64,000 nucleotides of DNA, from assembly GCA_963771175.1 (NCBI GenBank), contig CAVYSY010000026.1:224001-288000 (forward strand), written 5' to 3'. Below the pieces are notes generated by a model. The model was not told the origin of the DNA, did not search any database, and worked only from the letters and a program-made list of their open reading frames with translations. Origin of the DNA: an uncultured delta proteobacterium. GTDB taxonomy: Bacteria > Myxococcota > Myxococcia > Myxococcales > Myxococcaceae. Below, one piece after another: positions 30,798-41,016 of the stretch (positions are counted from its first letter, which is position 1; every line of letters starts with the position of its first letter). The translations under genes were made by a program, and so were the position numbers.

Positions 30798-31418
30798 ATG
30801 AAGCCGTCCGTGCTGTCTGCCCTGGCCTCCGTGATGCTCGCCGTTCCGTCCCTCGCCTCCGCGGCCGAATACGTCATCGACGCTCAGCATTCGAGCGCCC
30901 AGTTCTCCGTGAAGCACCTGGCCGTGTCCAACGTGCGGGGCGAGCTCGGGAAGATGAGTGGCACCATCCTCTTCGATGAGAAGGACCCCTCCAGCTCGCG
31001 AGTGGAAGCCACCATCGACGTCACCACCATCAACACCCGCGAGCCCCAGCGCGACGAGCACCTGCGCAGCGGGGACTTCTTCCATGTGGCGAAGTACCCC
31101 AACCTCGTCTTCAAATCCAAGCGCGTGGAGAAGCTGGGGAACGAGCACTACAAGGTGACGGGCGACCTCTCCCTGCGTGGAGTGACGAAGGAAGTGGTAC
31201 TCGACGTGGAGGGCATGGACACCGTGGTGAAGGACCCCTGGGGCAACCACAAGCGCGGCGCCGTGGCGACCACGAAGCTCAACCGCAAGGACTTCGGGCT
31301 CACCTGGAACAAGGTGCTGGAGGCCGGCAGTCTGGTGGTGGGTGACGAGGTGTCCGTCACGCTCGACCTCCAGCTCAACCAGAAACAGCCCGAGAGCAAG
31401 GCCGCTCCGGCGAAGTAG
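30798..31418 (+). CDS. yceI: YceI-family lipid/polyisoprenoid-binding protein
   Basis: IDAQHSSAQFSVKH, RDEHLRSGDFF, GDLSLRGVTKEV, LNRKDFG. Confidence 0.93.
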   Translation: MKPSVLSALASVMLAVPSLASAAEYVIDAQHSSAQFSVKHLAVSNVRGELGKMSGTILFDEKDPSSSRVEATIDVTTINTREPQRDEHLRSGDFFHVAKYPNLVFKSKRVEKLGNEHYKVTGDLSLRGVTKEVVLDVEGMDTVVKDPWGNHKRGAVATTKLNRKDFGLTWNKVLEAGSLVVGDEVSVTLDLQLNQKQPESKAAPAK

Positions 31419-31645
31419 TCCGATCAGTGACCGCTCTCGACCCCGAGCGCTCCGCGTTCTTCGCCTTCTGACGGAGGGCCGCCCGCCTCCGCCGGAGGCT
31501 CGCGGCTGGCGCTGGCTCGGGGGCCACCTCAGCAGGCGTGCTGTCGAGACATTTCGCCTGTGCGCTCGTCCCCCTCGATGCACCTCCGAGAGCGCCCCCC
31601 CAGATTCAGGCATGGGGCCATCGCGTGGCCCGTCCGGAGGAACTC

Positions 31646-32089
31646 ATGCATACCGTCGGAGACCTGATGACCCGAGAGCTCGTCACCCTGGACGAGACAG
31701 ACGACCTGGGCCTGGCCTCGGCCATCACCCAACTCGGTCGGCTCCGGCACCTGCCCGTCGTGCGTGACGGCAAGCTCGTCGGCCTCGTCACCCACCGCGA
31801 CATCCTGCGAATCTGGGCCCGCCGGGGCGAGGACTCCGGGCGCCGGGCGCTCGCCCGGGAGGTCATGGTCCGGGACGTCATGCGCGTCTACCCGCATACC
31901 CTGCTCCGGGATGCCCTCCAGCGGATGCTCACGCACAAGTACGGCTGCCTGCCCGTGGTGGCGAGCGAGGAGGATGACACCCTCGTCGGCATCCTCACCG
32001 AGACGGACCTGCTCCGCTACGCCGCCGGCGTGGTGCAGGAGCTCGACCACGCCGCCCGGTGGGGCCAGGAGGAGCAACCCCAGGCCTGA
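31646..32089 (+). CDS. Tandem CBS-domain protein
   Basis: VGDLMTRE, LRHLPVV, YGCLPVV, GILTETDLL; GGAGG RBS. Confidence 0.9.
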   Translation: MHTVGDLMTRELVTLDETDDLGLASAITQLGRLRHLPVVRDGKLVGLVTHRDILRIWARRGEDSGRRALAREVMVRDVMRVYPHTLLRDALQRMLTHKYGCLPVVASEEDDTLVGILTETDLLRYAAGVVQELDHAARWGQEEQPQA

Positions 32090-32139
32090 GGCAATGGAGC
32101 CCGTCCAAGCGAGCCGGCGGAGGCTGACCCTGCACGATC

Positions 32140-32676
32140 ATGAACTCTGGGAGCGCGGCAACGTCCATCGCACTCGCGCCGATGGGCGGGTTTTCGGCGG
32201 ACATCCTCGGCGAGCTCTCGGAGCGGGTGCGGGCCGCCTTCGGTCGGGACGTGCTGCTCGTGGAACGTCTGGCGCTCCCGCCCTCCGCATTCGACTGCTC
32301 ACGAGACCAGTGGCGCGCCTCCTCCCTGCTCCGTGTCCTCGGACCCGCGAAGCGGCCAGAATGGGACCGGCTGCTCGGAATCGTCGATGTCGATCTCTAC
32401 GCGCCGGACCTGAATTTCGTTTTCGGCCAGGCGGATGAGCGGCACGGCGTGGCCGTGTTCTCGACGGCACGGCTGGCCGCGGGGCATGCAGAACGCCCGA
32501 CGCTGGTGCACCGCGCGAGCATCGAGGCCGTTCACGAGCTGGGACACACGTACGGCCTGCGCCACTGCTCGCGACCCGACTGCGTCATGTGGTTCTCCAA
32601 CACCCTCGGGGAGAGCGATCGCAAAGGGTTCGCGTTCTGCGAACAGCATGCGCTCGAGCTGAAACGCGCGAAATAA
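32140..32676 (+). CDS. Archaemetzincin (M54) Zn metalloprotease
   Basis: DVDLYAPDLNFVFGQA, HELGHTYGLRHC-x4-CVM. Confidence 0.9.
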   Translation: MNSGSAATSIALAPMGGFSADILGELSERVRAAFGRDVLLVERLALPPSAFDCSRDQWRASSLLRVLGPAKRPEWDRLLGIVDVDLYAPDLNFVFGQADERHGVAVFSTARLAAGHAERPTLVHRASIEAVHELGHTYGLRHCSRPDCVMWFSNTLGESDRKGFAFCEQHALELKRAK

Positions 32677-32755
32677 TCCTCGCTCGGCGCTTCGCCTCCT
32701 GGCCAGGCACCATCCCGGTTCGCCGTTTCACCGCGCCAGGGCCGCGCGCGGCGGT

Positions 32756-33412
32756 TCAGTCCGGCGGAGAGCCCTTCGAGCCGGGGCCCTCGCGCACGCC
32801 GAGATAGGCGAGCAGCAGGTGCGTCAGCTCGTCGGCGAAGCGCGCGTCGTCGAGCAGCTCGGGGCGCTCCATGACGGCGACGTGGACGAGCTCCTCCAAG
32901 GTGCGGCCGGCGATGAAGGTGGCGAGCTCCAAATCCATCCCCGGGCGCAGCCGCTCGCGGTGGGCCTCGAGCAGGGCGCGCAGTAGCTCCCGGCCCTGAG
33001 CCGCCACCTGCCGCACATGGGCGATGCGGTCCACCAGGGGCACGAGCTGGAGCAGCGCCGGCATCAGCCCCTTGTCGCGCCGATGCATGGCGAGCATGGC
33101 GCGCACCGTGTGGGCCACAATCTCCTCCAGGGGCTGGCCGAGCACCTCGGCGGTGGCGGCCGACAGTTCCTGGATGTCGAGCTCCACCTGACGCTCGATG
33201 AGGGCGGCGGCGAGCGCCTCCTTGCTCGGAAAGTACTGGTAGAGCGAGCCCACACTGACGCCGGCAACGCGAGCAATCTCGTTGGTGGTGGTATGCGCCA
33301 GGCCCTTGTCGGCCAGGACGCGAGCAGTGGCCTCCAGCAGGGTGTCCACGAGGGAGCGGGAGCGCTGTTGCTTCGGCTGTCTGCGAGCGGAGACGCGGCG
33401 GCGGGTGGCCAT
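32756..33412 (-). CDS. TetR/AcrR family regulator
   Basis: PKQQRSR...TTNEIARVAGVSVGSLYQYFPSKEAL. Confidence 0.93.
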   Translation of the reverse strand: MATRRRVSARRQPKQQRSRSLVDTLLEATARVLADKGLAHTTTNEIARVAGVSVGSLYQYFPSKEALAAALIERQVELDIQELSAATAEVLGQPLEEIVAHTVRAMLAMHRRDKGLMPALLQLVPLVDRIAHVRQVAAQGRELLRALLEAHRERLRPGMDLELATFIAGRTLEELVHVAVMERPELLDDARFADELTHLLLAYLGVREGPGSKGSPPD

Positions 33413-33422
33413 GGCGGAACGC

Positions 33423-33457
33423 GAGTTGAGGAGAACGGCTCCGGAGAATATCAACTC
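33423..33457. promoter_or_regulatory. Inverted repeat, candidate TetR operator
   Basis: GAGTTGA-N21-TCAACTC in the 62-bp divergent spacer. Confidence 0.5.
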
Positions 33458-33474
33458 AAGGCACTGGAGGTTAC

Positions 33475-34650
33475 ATGCCGACTCAAGTCCTGTCCTCGTC
33501 GCGTCGCGTCCTCATCGCCGGTGCGGGCATTGGCGGGCTGACACTCGCGTGCGCGCTGCGCCGCTCGGGCGCCACCGTCTCCGTCTTCGAGCGCGCCGAG
33601 ACGCTCAGTCCGGTGGGCGCGGGCATCACCGTGCAGATGAACGCCATCGCGGCGCTGCGCTCCATTGGTATTGGACTGGCGGACGCAGTGGCCGCGGCCG
33701 GCGCCCCGTGCTCGGAGGCCGCGGTGCTGGACGCCTCGGGGCACGTGCTCTCGCGCATGTCCATGGAAGGGCTCGCGCGGGAGCTGGGGGCGCCCACGGT
33801 GTGCCTGCACCGCGCGAGGCTGCAGGCGGTGCTGCTGGCGCACGCGGGCGAGGAGTGCGTGCACACGGGTCGCGCGGTGACGGGCTTCCAGGACGACGGC
33901 CAAAGGGTGACGGTGACGCTGTCGGATGGGAGCACCGAGACGGGCGAGGTGCTGGTGGGGGCGGACGGGCTGCGCTCGGTGGTGCGCCGCGAGCTGCTTG
34001 GGGACGCGCCGCTGCGCTACGCGGGCTACACGAGCTGGCGCGGGGTGACGCGGGCCGCGTCGCTGCTGCGCGAGCCGGGGCGCACCTCGGAGACGTGGGG
34101 CCCGGGGGCGCGCTTCGGCATCGTCCCGATTGGGTTCGGGGAGGTGTACTGGTTCGCCACGCTGAACACGCCGGCTGGGGGCCGGGACGAGCCGGGCCGC
34201 GTGCACGCGCGGCTGCTGGAGGTGTTCGGCACGTGGCACGCGCCGATCGCGGGCCTCATTGAATCCACGCCGGAGGAGCACATTCTGCGCACGGACATCA
34301 ACGACAGGCCGCCGGTGAGCCACTGGAGCCGGGGCCGCGTGACGCTGCTGGGCGACGCGGCGCACCCGATGACGCCGAACATGGGACAGGGCGGCTGCCA
34401 GGCGATAGAGGACGCGGTGGTGCTGGCCGGCTGCCTGGAGCGCGCGGGCACGGTGGAGGCGGCGCTGGCCGACTACGAGCGGCGCCGGCTGGAGCGCGCC
34501 AACGCCTTCGTCTCGCAGTCGTACAAGTTCGGGCGGATGGGGCAGCTCGAGAGCGCGCCGGGGCGGTTCGTGCGCGACGCGCTGATACGAGCGATGCCCG
34601 CGAGTCTCGCGGCGAGGCAGCTGCGGGACTCGCTGCGCTTCACGCCGTGA
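33475..34650 (+). CDS. FAD-dependent monooxygenase (group A)
   Basis: GAGIGG, GADGLRSVVR, LLGDAAHPMTPNMGQGGCQAIED. Confidence 0.93.
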   Translation: MPTQVLSSSRRVLIAGAGIGGLTLACALRRSGATVSVFERAETLSPVGAGITVQMNAIAALRSIGIGLADAVAAAGAPCSEAAVLDASGHVLSRMSMEGLARELGAPTVCLHRARLQAVLLAHAGEECVHTGRAVTGFQDDGQRVTVTLSDGSTETGEVLVGADGLRSVVRRELLGDAPLRYAGYTSWRGVTRAASLLREPGRTSETWGPGARFGIVPIGFGEVYWFATLNTPAGGRDEPGRVHARLLEVFGTWHAPIAGLIESTPEEHILRTDINDRPPVSHWSRGRVTLLGDAAHPMTPNMGQGGCQAIEDAVVLAGCLERAGTVEAALADYERRRLERANAFVSQSYKFGRMGQLESAPGRFVRDALIRAMPASLAARQLRDSLRFTP

Positions 34651-35536
34651 GACGCGGAGCAGCCGTGTCCGCCAGCGATTGCACGGCCTGCGCAAGTTCG
34701 CCCTCGCCGTCGGCGAGCCGATCAAGAATGTTGAAGTGGTTGCGAGCCAGTACAAGCCGTTCGCCGGGGAGCCCGGCGGCCTGCCACGCGGCGGCGTAAT
34801 CGATGGTCTGGCGGGCGAACTCGTTCGTTTCCTGCGTTCCGTGGGCCCAGATGCACCGTGGTGCCTGTCGCGGCAGCTCGAGCAGCGGGCTCAGTGCGAC
34901 GGCGGCCCCCATGTCGAGGCCCAGTTCCGGCCCCACGAAGCAGTGTGGCAGCGGGCGCAGGTCGTAGAGGCCGCACACACCGAGAACGCCCGCGAAGGGC
35001 GGTGAGGGCAGGCCGTAATCGCCAGTCCAGTCGGCGCCGAGCAGCGTGGCGGCGCCGTGTCCACCAGCCGAGTGGCCGGCCACCACCAGGCGTGAACGGT
35101 CAACGCCCCAGGCGTCGGCGTGTTGCCACAGGTGCGCCAACGCCGCTCGATGCTGACGCACGATCTCGGCGAGCGAGACCTTCGGGCACAGTGCGTAGTT
35201 CTCGATCACCACCGTCCAGCCGCGCTCGCACAAGCCGCGTGCGATGTAGCTCCATTCCTTGCTCGTGGTGACCTTCCAGTAACCACCATGGATGAAGAAC
35301 AAGGTGGGCCTCCGCGCCTTCGGGTCGGCATTCGGAGGCATGAAGACATCATAGGTTTCGGCGAGTGTCGGGCCGTAGCGCACGTCGAGGTGGCCGGTAA
35401 GAGCCTGGCGAGCCTCGGCACTCTGCCTGATGAACTGGTCAACGTAGACGCCAAGATCCGGCACCGTCGCCTCAATGTTGTATTCGGCGTTGAGGGCCTC
35501 GATGCTGGTGAAGTCGCGGTACAGCCGTGCGGACAT
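34640..35536 (-). CDS. Alpha/beta hydrolase, arylformamidase-like
   Basis: FIHGGYW, GHSAGGH, GLYDL, NHF; 11-nt 3' overlap with the monooxygenase. Confidence 0.85.
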   Translation of the reverse strand: MSARLYRDFTSIEALNAEYNIEATVPDLGVYVDQFIRQSAEARQALTGHLDVRYGPTLAETYDVFMPPNADPKARRPTLFFIHGGYWKVTTSKEWSYIARGLCERGWTVVIENYALCPKVSLAEIVRQHRAALAHLWQHADAWGVDRSRLVVAGHSAGGHGAATLLGADWTGDYGLPSPPFAGVLGVCGLYDLRPLPHCFVGPELGLDMGAAVALSPLLELPRQAPRCIWAHGTQETNEFARQTIDYAAAWQAAGLPGERLVLARNHFNILDRLADGEGELAQAVQSLADTAAPRLTA

Positions 35537-35586
35537 GTCGAAACTCCTGACGAGGGTGGCGCGTGGATGAGGGCTGCTGGTCCTGC

Positions 35587-36231
35587 CTACGAGGCGGAAA
35601 CGAGCTCGCGCCGGTAGGTGATCGCGCCTTCCTTCTCCGAAGGGGCGAAGCCCATCCGCCGCAGGTAGGTGACGTGCTTGGGGATCCCAGAAGGAGAGAT
35701 GATCTCGCGGATTCCCTTCGAGCGGAAGAACTCCGCCTGCTCGGAGAAGAGGAAGCGGCCGATCTTGAAGTCCCGGTAGCCAGGGATGACGAAGTCGAGC
35801 CGCACCCTCAGGCCTCCGTCGTCCCGAACCTCGCCGATGAACAGCCCCGCTGGGACCATGTCGCGCAGGATGAAGAAGGCGAGCTGCCGGTCCCCGGGCT
35901 GGTACGAGAACTCAGGGAGGAACCGGCGGATGTCCTCGGCGTGGAAGTCGAGGAACGCTCGCAGGTACTCGGAGCGGGGATCGATCTCCAGAATCCTCAG
36001 GAACTCCCGGGTCCTGAGCATCCGCGACAGGTAGAAGATGTTGACGAGGACGATGAACAAGTTCACCGCCGCCACGGGGTAGGCGCCGATCAGCAGCCCG
36101 TACACGCTGAAGGCCACCGCGCCGGCCAGGTTGATGATGCGCAGCCGGATGAGGGAGCTCATCGTCAACGAGATTGCCACCAGCACGGAGGCGACATAGC
36201 CAATCAACTCGTACATCCAGTGTGTGTCCAT
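35587..36231 (-). CDS. YgjV-like membrane protein with soluble C-terminal domain
   Basis: IGYVASVLVAISLTMSSLIRLRIINLAG...; LDFVIPGYRDFKIGRFLF...YLRRMGF. Confidence 0.75.
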   Translation of the reverse strand: MDTHWMYELIGYVASVLVAISLTMSSLIRLRIINLAGAVAFSVYGLLIGAYPVAAVNLFIVLVNIFYLSRMLRTREFLRILEIDPRSEYLRAFLDFHAEDIRRFLPEFSYQPGDRQLAFFILRDMVPAGLFIGEVRDDGGLRVRLDFVIPGYRDFKIGRFLFSEQAEFFRSKGIREIISPSGIPKHVTYLRRMGFAPSEKEGAITYRRELVSAS

Positions 36232-36429
36232 GTGACTCGAGCCCACCGAAACGAATGAGGTGTACGCCGCGGGGGCCGCAGCGGGGCGCCTGGATAGCGC
36301 CTGACTCCGCCGGGGACAAGTCTCTGCTGACCCCGCTGGACGAGCGGAGCGCTTATGCTCCAAAGGCGGGGCGACGAGAATCCTCGAGGACTCTCGGCGG
36401 CTCTCAGCATACGCCCTGGGAGGTGGCTC

Positions 36430-36868
36430 ATGAGTGAGGCAGCGAGCAGCTTCGATCTGACGTTGGAGCAGTTGGACGGCTACGAGTTCAAGGTGGGCTT
36501 CGACAAGGGCTGGGAGGGCTGGCACACCGACGAGCCGCCGCCGCTGGGCAAGGACGCCGGCCCCAACCCCTCCCGCGTGCTGGCGGTGTCCATCGCCAAC
36601 TGCCTCGCCGCGAGCCTCATCTTCTGCCTGTCGAAGAAGGGCGAGAAGGTCTCGGGTGTCACCGCGAAAGTGCACCTCGAGCTGGTGCGCAACGAGCAGA
36701 AGCGCCTGCGCATCAGCAAGGTGGAAGTCACCCTCCGCGCTCCGGTGGAGCGCGACTCGCCGGCCTTGCTGCAGTGCCTCGACACCTTCGAGGACTTCTG
36801 TGTCGTCACCCAGTCGGTGCGCGAGCGGCATCGACGTGAAGGTCAATGTGGAGGCCGTGGGAGGGTGA
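36430..36868 (+). CDS. OsmC-family protein, one frameshift near the 3' end
   Basis: TDEPPPLGKDAGPNP, IANCLAASL, FEDFCVVTQSVR; true end GIDVKVNVEAVGG* is in another frame. Confidence 0.85.
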
Positions 36869-36881
36869 ACGAGACCTGACA

Positions 36882-36910
36882 AGGCGGGGGCCCCTCCCCC
36901 TCCCCCGCCT
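36882..36910. terminator. Hairpin between convergent genes
   Basis: AGGCGGGGG-N11-CCCCCGCCT. Confidence 0.45.
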
Positions 36911-36916
36911 CGGAGC

Positions 36917-38249
36917 TCAGTGCATCAGCAGCCAGTTGAGCAGGGGCGTCCATACCGCCGTCGGGGCGTCGTCGGCCATCAGCAAATCCGCGTGGCCGTA
37001 GTCCAGCGCGCGGTCCGCGTCCGGCTTGCGCTGCACCACGAGCAAGTCGACGACGTCGTCGTCCCAGCTCCCGAGCAGGCCCAGGGAGTACAGGCCGTAG
37101 CGACCGAAGCCGCCGGCAGCGCCCACGTACAGCACTGGCACCTTCACCTCGTGCAGGTAGTCGTCATACGGTACGTCCGGCGCCCCGCACCACATGGCCA
37201 GGGTGTCCACCTGCTCGCCAATGCTCTGGTAGGGAGAGGCCTGCATCAGCGCATCGAAGAAGAAGCGCTCACGCGTCCACCGCAGCGCGGTGGGAACCTC
37301 CGCGACGAACTCGCCTCCCACCCAGTGGTAGACGGGAATGATCGGCGGGTTCTGGAGCCGATACGTGGCCGCGCCCACGACGAGCCCGGTCTGTCGATTC
37401 GTGAGGCCCGGGATGATGAGCGAGCCCTCGTCCGACGCGGTGATGGCGAGCGAGCTCAGGAACTGGAGGAAGGCACCCATCTGCCCGCCCTCGTATTGCC
37501 CGGTGGCCTGAAGCTCCGAGAGCGCCGCCAGCGTCTTGCACGCCGCCACACGCTCCGCCGTGTGCTCCGGCGCCAAGGAGTAGGCCATGTCCACGGGGAT
37601 GAACCCACTCACCTGGCGCTTCTCCGGCGACAGCCGCGCCTCCGCGTTCAGGTAGGCATAGGAGACGGCGGCCCCGCGGCTCCACCCCAGAAGCGCCATC
37701 CGACCCATCCCGTCCCCTCGCATCCAGCGCGCCAGTCTCAGCCCCACCCCCAGGTCCCTGGCATGCAGACCCAGGTTCCAGTCCTTCATGAAGGAGAAGT
37801 CGGTCGTCCCCGCGGGGACATGCACCCAGCGCAGGTCGATGCCCCACACATCCACCCCCTGCTTCGCCAGGAAGATGGCGAGGGAGTGCTGCTTTGGCAC
37901 CGCCGTGCTCGCGACGCTCCCCAGGAACGCGGCCCGGAACCCCAACACGTCACCGTGCACCAGGAACACCGATTTGGGGACGCGCAGGGGCAGGTTGGGC
38001 AAAACCTCGCGCACCACGCGGTGAAGGGTGATGACGTCATACACCCCGGGCCCCACCTGGACGCGGTAGCTGTACTCGTAGATGTCCTCGAAGAGCTGCC
38101 GACGCGCGGTATGCGCCACCAGAGAATGACTCGTCGATGGCCACCTCACCAGGGGGCGGCTCCAGTGCTGGTTCCTCAGCGCGGGCCTGTGTACTGACGC
38201 CGATTGCCCAGATACACATCCACACAGCCATCCCGCCTGGGATTCGCAT
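36917..38249 (-). CDS. Secreted alpha/beta hydrolase, one frameshift near the N-terminus
   Basis: Signal-like MRIPGGMAVWMCIWAIGVSTQARA (ORF 38037-38249) joins FLVHGD, VWGIDLR, LLGWSRG, YGHADL. Confidence 0.75.
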
Positions 38250-38534
38250 AGACCCGCTCTCCTGAATGGAATTCCCCCAGGGGGATAGCTGCTCATTTCA
38301 GTCATTCCTCGCAACTACTGCACACCTCCAATAGTGACCGTCTGGACAAGGTCGCGCGCCCAGGAATTGACGCCCGCCTCCAGCGCAAGGAACTGCATGT
38401 GAAAGACAGACCGATCGACAGTGATTGCCAAGACGACCATGCCCCTGCTTCTTGGAGAGCGCCCAAAGGGGCACAGTGGACCACATCGATCAAAAGCCGC
38501 CTAATCAGGCTTACGCGTAAATAGAGCGAAACTA

Positions 38535-38562
38535 TTACTACTGTTTTGTACTATTGTAGTAA
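38535..38562. promoter_or_regulatory. AT-rich inverted repeat, candidate operator
   Basis: TTACTAC-N14-GTAGTAA in a conspicuously AT-rich patch about 50 nt before ATG 38615. Confidence 0.5.
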
Positions 38563-38614
38563 AATAACGCGCTCCACCCCCCTCCGAGCCTCAGGGCCCG
38601 GTCTCGAGGTCCCC

Positions 38615-39379
38615 ATGACGTCTTCCACCCTGAAATCGCTTCTTGCGGGCGCCGCGCTGCTGGCGGCCCCTGTCGCGCTGGCCGGCACCAGTGACTCCGT
38701 TCCCGCGTTCGAGGCGAAGATCGCCACCGCGCGCACCTCCGGCAGCCCGAGCGGTACGACCGTCAACCGCTCTGAGATGAGCGATGCACTCGACTCGTTC
38801 TGGTACGACGACTGGATGGTGGACGCCGATGAGCACGCGTACCTCGGCACGAAGCTGGCGAGCTCCACCTTCCTCACCGGGATTGATGCCTCGGCGCAGG
38901 ATTACCTCCAGGACTTCCATGAGCTGAACGACGGGCAGGGTGCCTGGCAGCTGGAGCTCGCGCCGGTGACCACTCCCGCCTCGCAGCTGTTCGGCGCGAG
39001 CGGCCCGCTGGCCTACTCCGCCAATATTGCCGAGGGCGCCATCAACGGCGAGGGCGTGGCCAACAACGACACCCTGCTGTACGCCTATGGCTACGTCCTC
39101 GCCCAGGGTTATGAGGACCTGTTCTGGTTCTCGCCCATCACCCATCAGCAGCTCGTGCAGATCCTCTCGGGCAGCGCCAACCAGCAGACGCCGTCCCAGG
39201 CCGAGGTGAACGGTGCGGCGGCCTACCTCACGGAGATCTCCGGCGAAGGCGAGCGGCTCTACGCGGGCTACTGGCACTCGTACCTGTGGGGCGGCGAGTC
39301 CGCGGGCTACGTCATCGCGGCCGTCAGCGAAGACCGGCAGTTCGTGCGCATGGTGCGAGTCATCAGCTGGGGCGACTAG
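38615..39379 (+). CDS. Secreted acidic hypothetical protein
   Basis: Signal peptide MTSSTLKSLLAGAALLAAPVALA; GAGGT RBS; strong codon bias. Confidence 0.8.
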   Translation: MTSSTLKSLLAGAALLAAPVALAGTSDSVPAFEAKIATARTSGSPSGTTVNRSEMSDALDSFWYDDWMVDADEHAYLGTKLASSTFLTGIDASAQDYLQDFHELNDGQGAWQLELAPVTTPASQLFGASGPLAYSANIAEGAINGEGVANNDTLLYAYGYVLAQGYEDLFWFSPITHQQLVQILSGSANQQTPSQAEVNGAAAYLTEISGEGERLYAGYWHSYLWGGESAGYVIAAVSEDRQFVRMVRVISWGD

Positions 39380-39489
39380 CCGTCTCGTCAGCGTGAACGG
39401 GCATGACGCCAGCCGCGGGGGAGCGGAAAGAACAGCCCGCCCCCCCGCTCCGCGACCCCGTCCCCAGGCTCAGGGCCAGAGAGCCTGCC

Positions 39490-39764
39490 AATAGCGTACC
39501 GGGCAGGAAGACGATGAGCTCCGGCTTCGTCGGACTCGCCGGGCGGATGACGACGTGTGCATCCGGATAGCTCCCGGAGCCGGGCGTCCCCGCCTCCGCG
39601 GGCGTCACGAACCGGCAGAACGCACCGCTCGGCCCGGTGCACGTGCTCACCGCCTGCTCCACCGCGGCCACCCCCTCCGGCTCGGACGCAGTGCTCCCTC
39701 CACACCCCGCCGCCAGCGCCAGCATCACTCCCCATGGGGCCAAACGCGTCATCTCAATCTTCAA
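39490..39764 (-). pseudogene. Truncated lipoprotein hydrolase (N-terminus only)
   Basis: GAGGAG RBS, lipobox LAAGC, then HVVIRP...LIVFLPGT (start of an alpha/beta-hydrolase core), after which the sequence stops looking coding. Confidence 0.55.
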
Positions 39765-40103
39765 GGCAATCTCCTCTTGGATGTACGGCGGACCCGCCCG
39801 GCACACGCCGACCCGAGCCCGCTCCGGGCGCTCGTGGCGCCCTCACCGGGAAACACGCACGGTCATGAAAAGTTGCGGTTGCCCGGCCTCGGCCAGGGCA
39901 TCACGTCCATCGGGCTCGGGACGAAGCCAGGTGATTGTCTCGAGCGCCCCCAGGAGCGATGACCGCGGCTCAACCCATCACACCAGGGAGCTCCACATGA
40001 ATCTCGAGACGGCTCGAGTACGGCGAACGCGGATCGATCGCTTCACGAGTTCGTCCTCCGGGAGACGTTCGGCGGAAGCCCGCTCCGTGGTCGTCCGACC
40101 CGC

Positions 40104-40832
40104 CTACTTCAAGATGTCGAGCAGGAGCCGCGCGGTGCTCTCCGGCACGGCCACCATCGCATCGTGGCCACAGTCGAGCTCCCGCCAGCGCAGGCCGCGC
40201 TGGTGCGCCCGCTCCTGGAACGCGGCCAGCGGATCGGCGCCGAACGTCCCGATGAGCCCGTCACGCTGGGAGCACCGCACATAGGTGGCCGGCACCGTGC
40301 TCACCCCACGGCTCAGGTGCAGCGGCTCGTTGAGGGTCCGTAGCGGGTGGGGCACCCGGCGCGGTTGGGCCCAGGCCACATCCTCAGGGCGCATCACCCC
40401 CATGACGCCGAGCGGGAGCGGTGGCAGCAGCCATGCGTCCCCATCGGCCTTCGCGAGCGACTGGAGCACGTCATTGGTGCTCCCGCCAAACGCGCCACTC
40501 GCCGCCTGACCGTTGTCCGGCAGGTGGGCGTCCAGATACACCAGATGGGCCAGACGCTCGGGCACCCGGTCAGCCACTCCGGTGATGACCATGCCCCCGT
40601 AGCTGTGCCCCACCAGCACCACTTCGCGCACATCCTCGTATTCGAGCACGCTCACGATGTCCTGGATGTGCGTGGCCAGACCCACGTCGCGGGTGAGCAG
40701 GTGGTAGCGCTCGCCTGCTCCGGTGAGCGTGGGGGTGAACACCTCGTGTCCCGCCTCCCTCAAGAAGCAACGGACATGCTTCCAGCACCACCCACCGTAG
40801 AAGGCTCCATGCACCAGGACGAACGTGGCCAT
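40104..40832 (-). CDS. Alpha/beta hydrolase (methylesterase-like)
   Basis: FVLVHGAFYGGWCW, LVGHSYGG, LVYLDA, GHDAM. Confidence 0.92.
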   Translation of the reverse strand: MATFVLVHGAFYGGWCWKHVRCFLREAGHEVFTPTLTGAGERYHLLTRDVGLATHIQDIVSVLEYEDVREVVLVGHSYGGMVITGVADRVPERLAHLVYLDAHLPDNGQAASGAFGGSTNDVLQSLAKADGDAWLLPPLPLGVMGVMRPEDVAWAQPRRVPHPLRTLNEPLHLSRGVSTVPATYVRCSQRDGLIGTFGADPLAAFQERAHQRGLRWRELDCGHDAMVAVPESTARLLLDILK

Positions 40833-41016
40833 GCGCGACTCCTGTCGAGAGAGGCCCGGAGCCTGATTCAACGCGCCGAGCAAGGCAAAGCAACCTCGCG
40901 CCCCCGACAAGGACCAGAACATGCAGGACAAGGGCATCGTCCATCTCCAGTGGACGACACGCTACTACTGAGCGTCGCACGGACGAGGGAAGGACTGGGA
41001 CGCGTTGTGGCCCGTC

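Noticed and set aside
33475..34650. Monooxygenase as urate hydroxylase linked to xdhAB, or as a tetracycline destructase
   Set aside because: Motifs are generic to group A flavin monooxygenases; 30 kb from xdh; no specific evidence.
39998..40284. Possible small + strand gene MNLETARVRR after a GGAG
   Set aside because: Poor codon bias and a long overlap with the antisense esterase gene.
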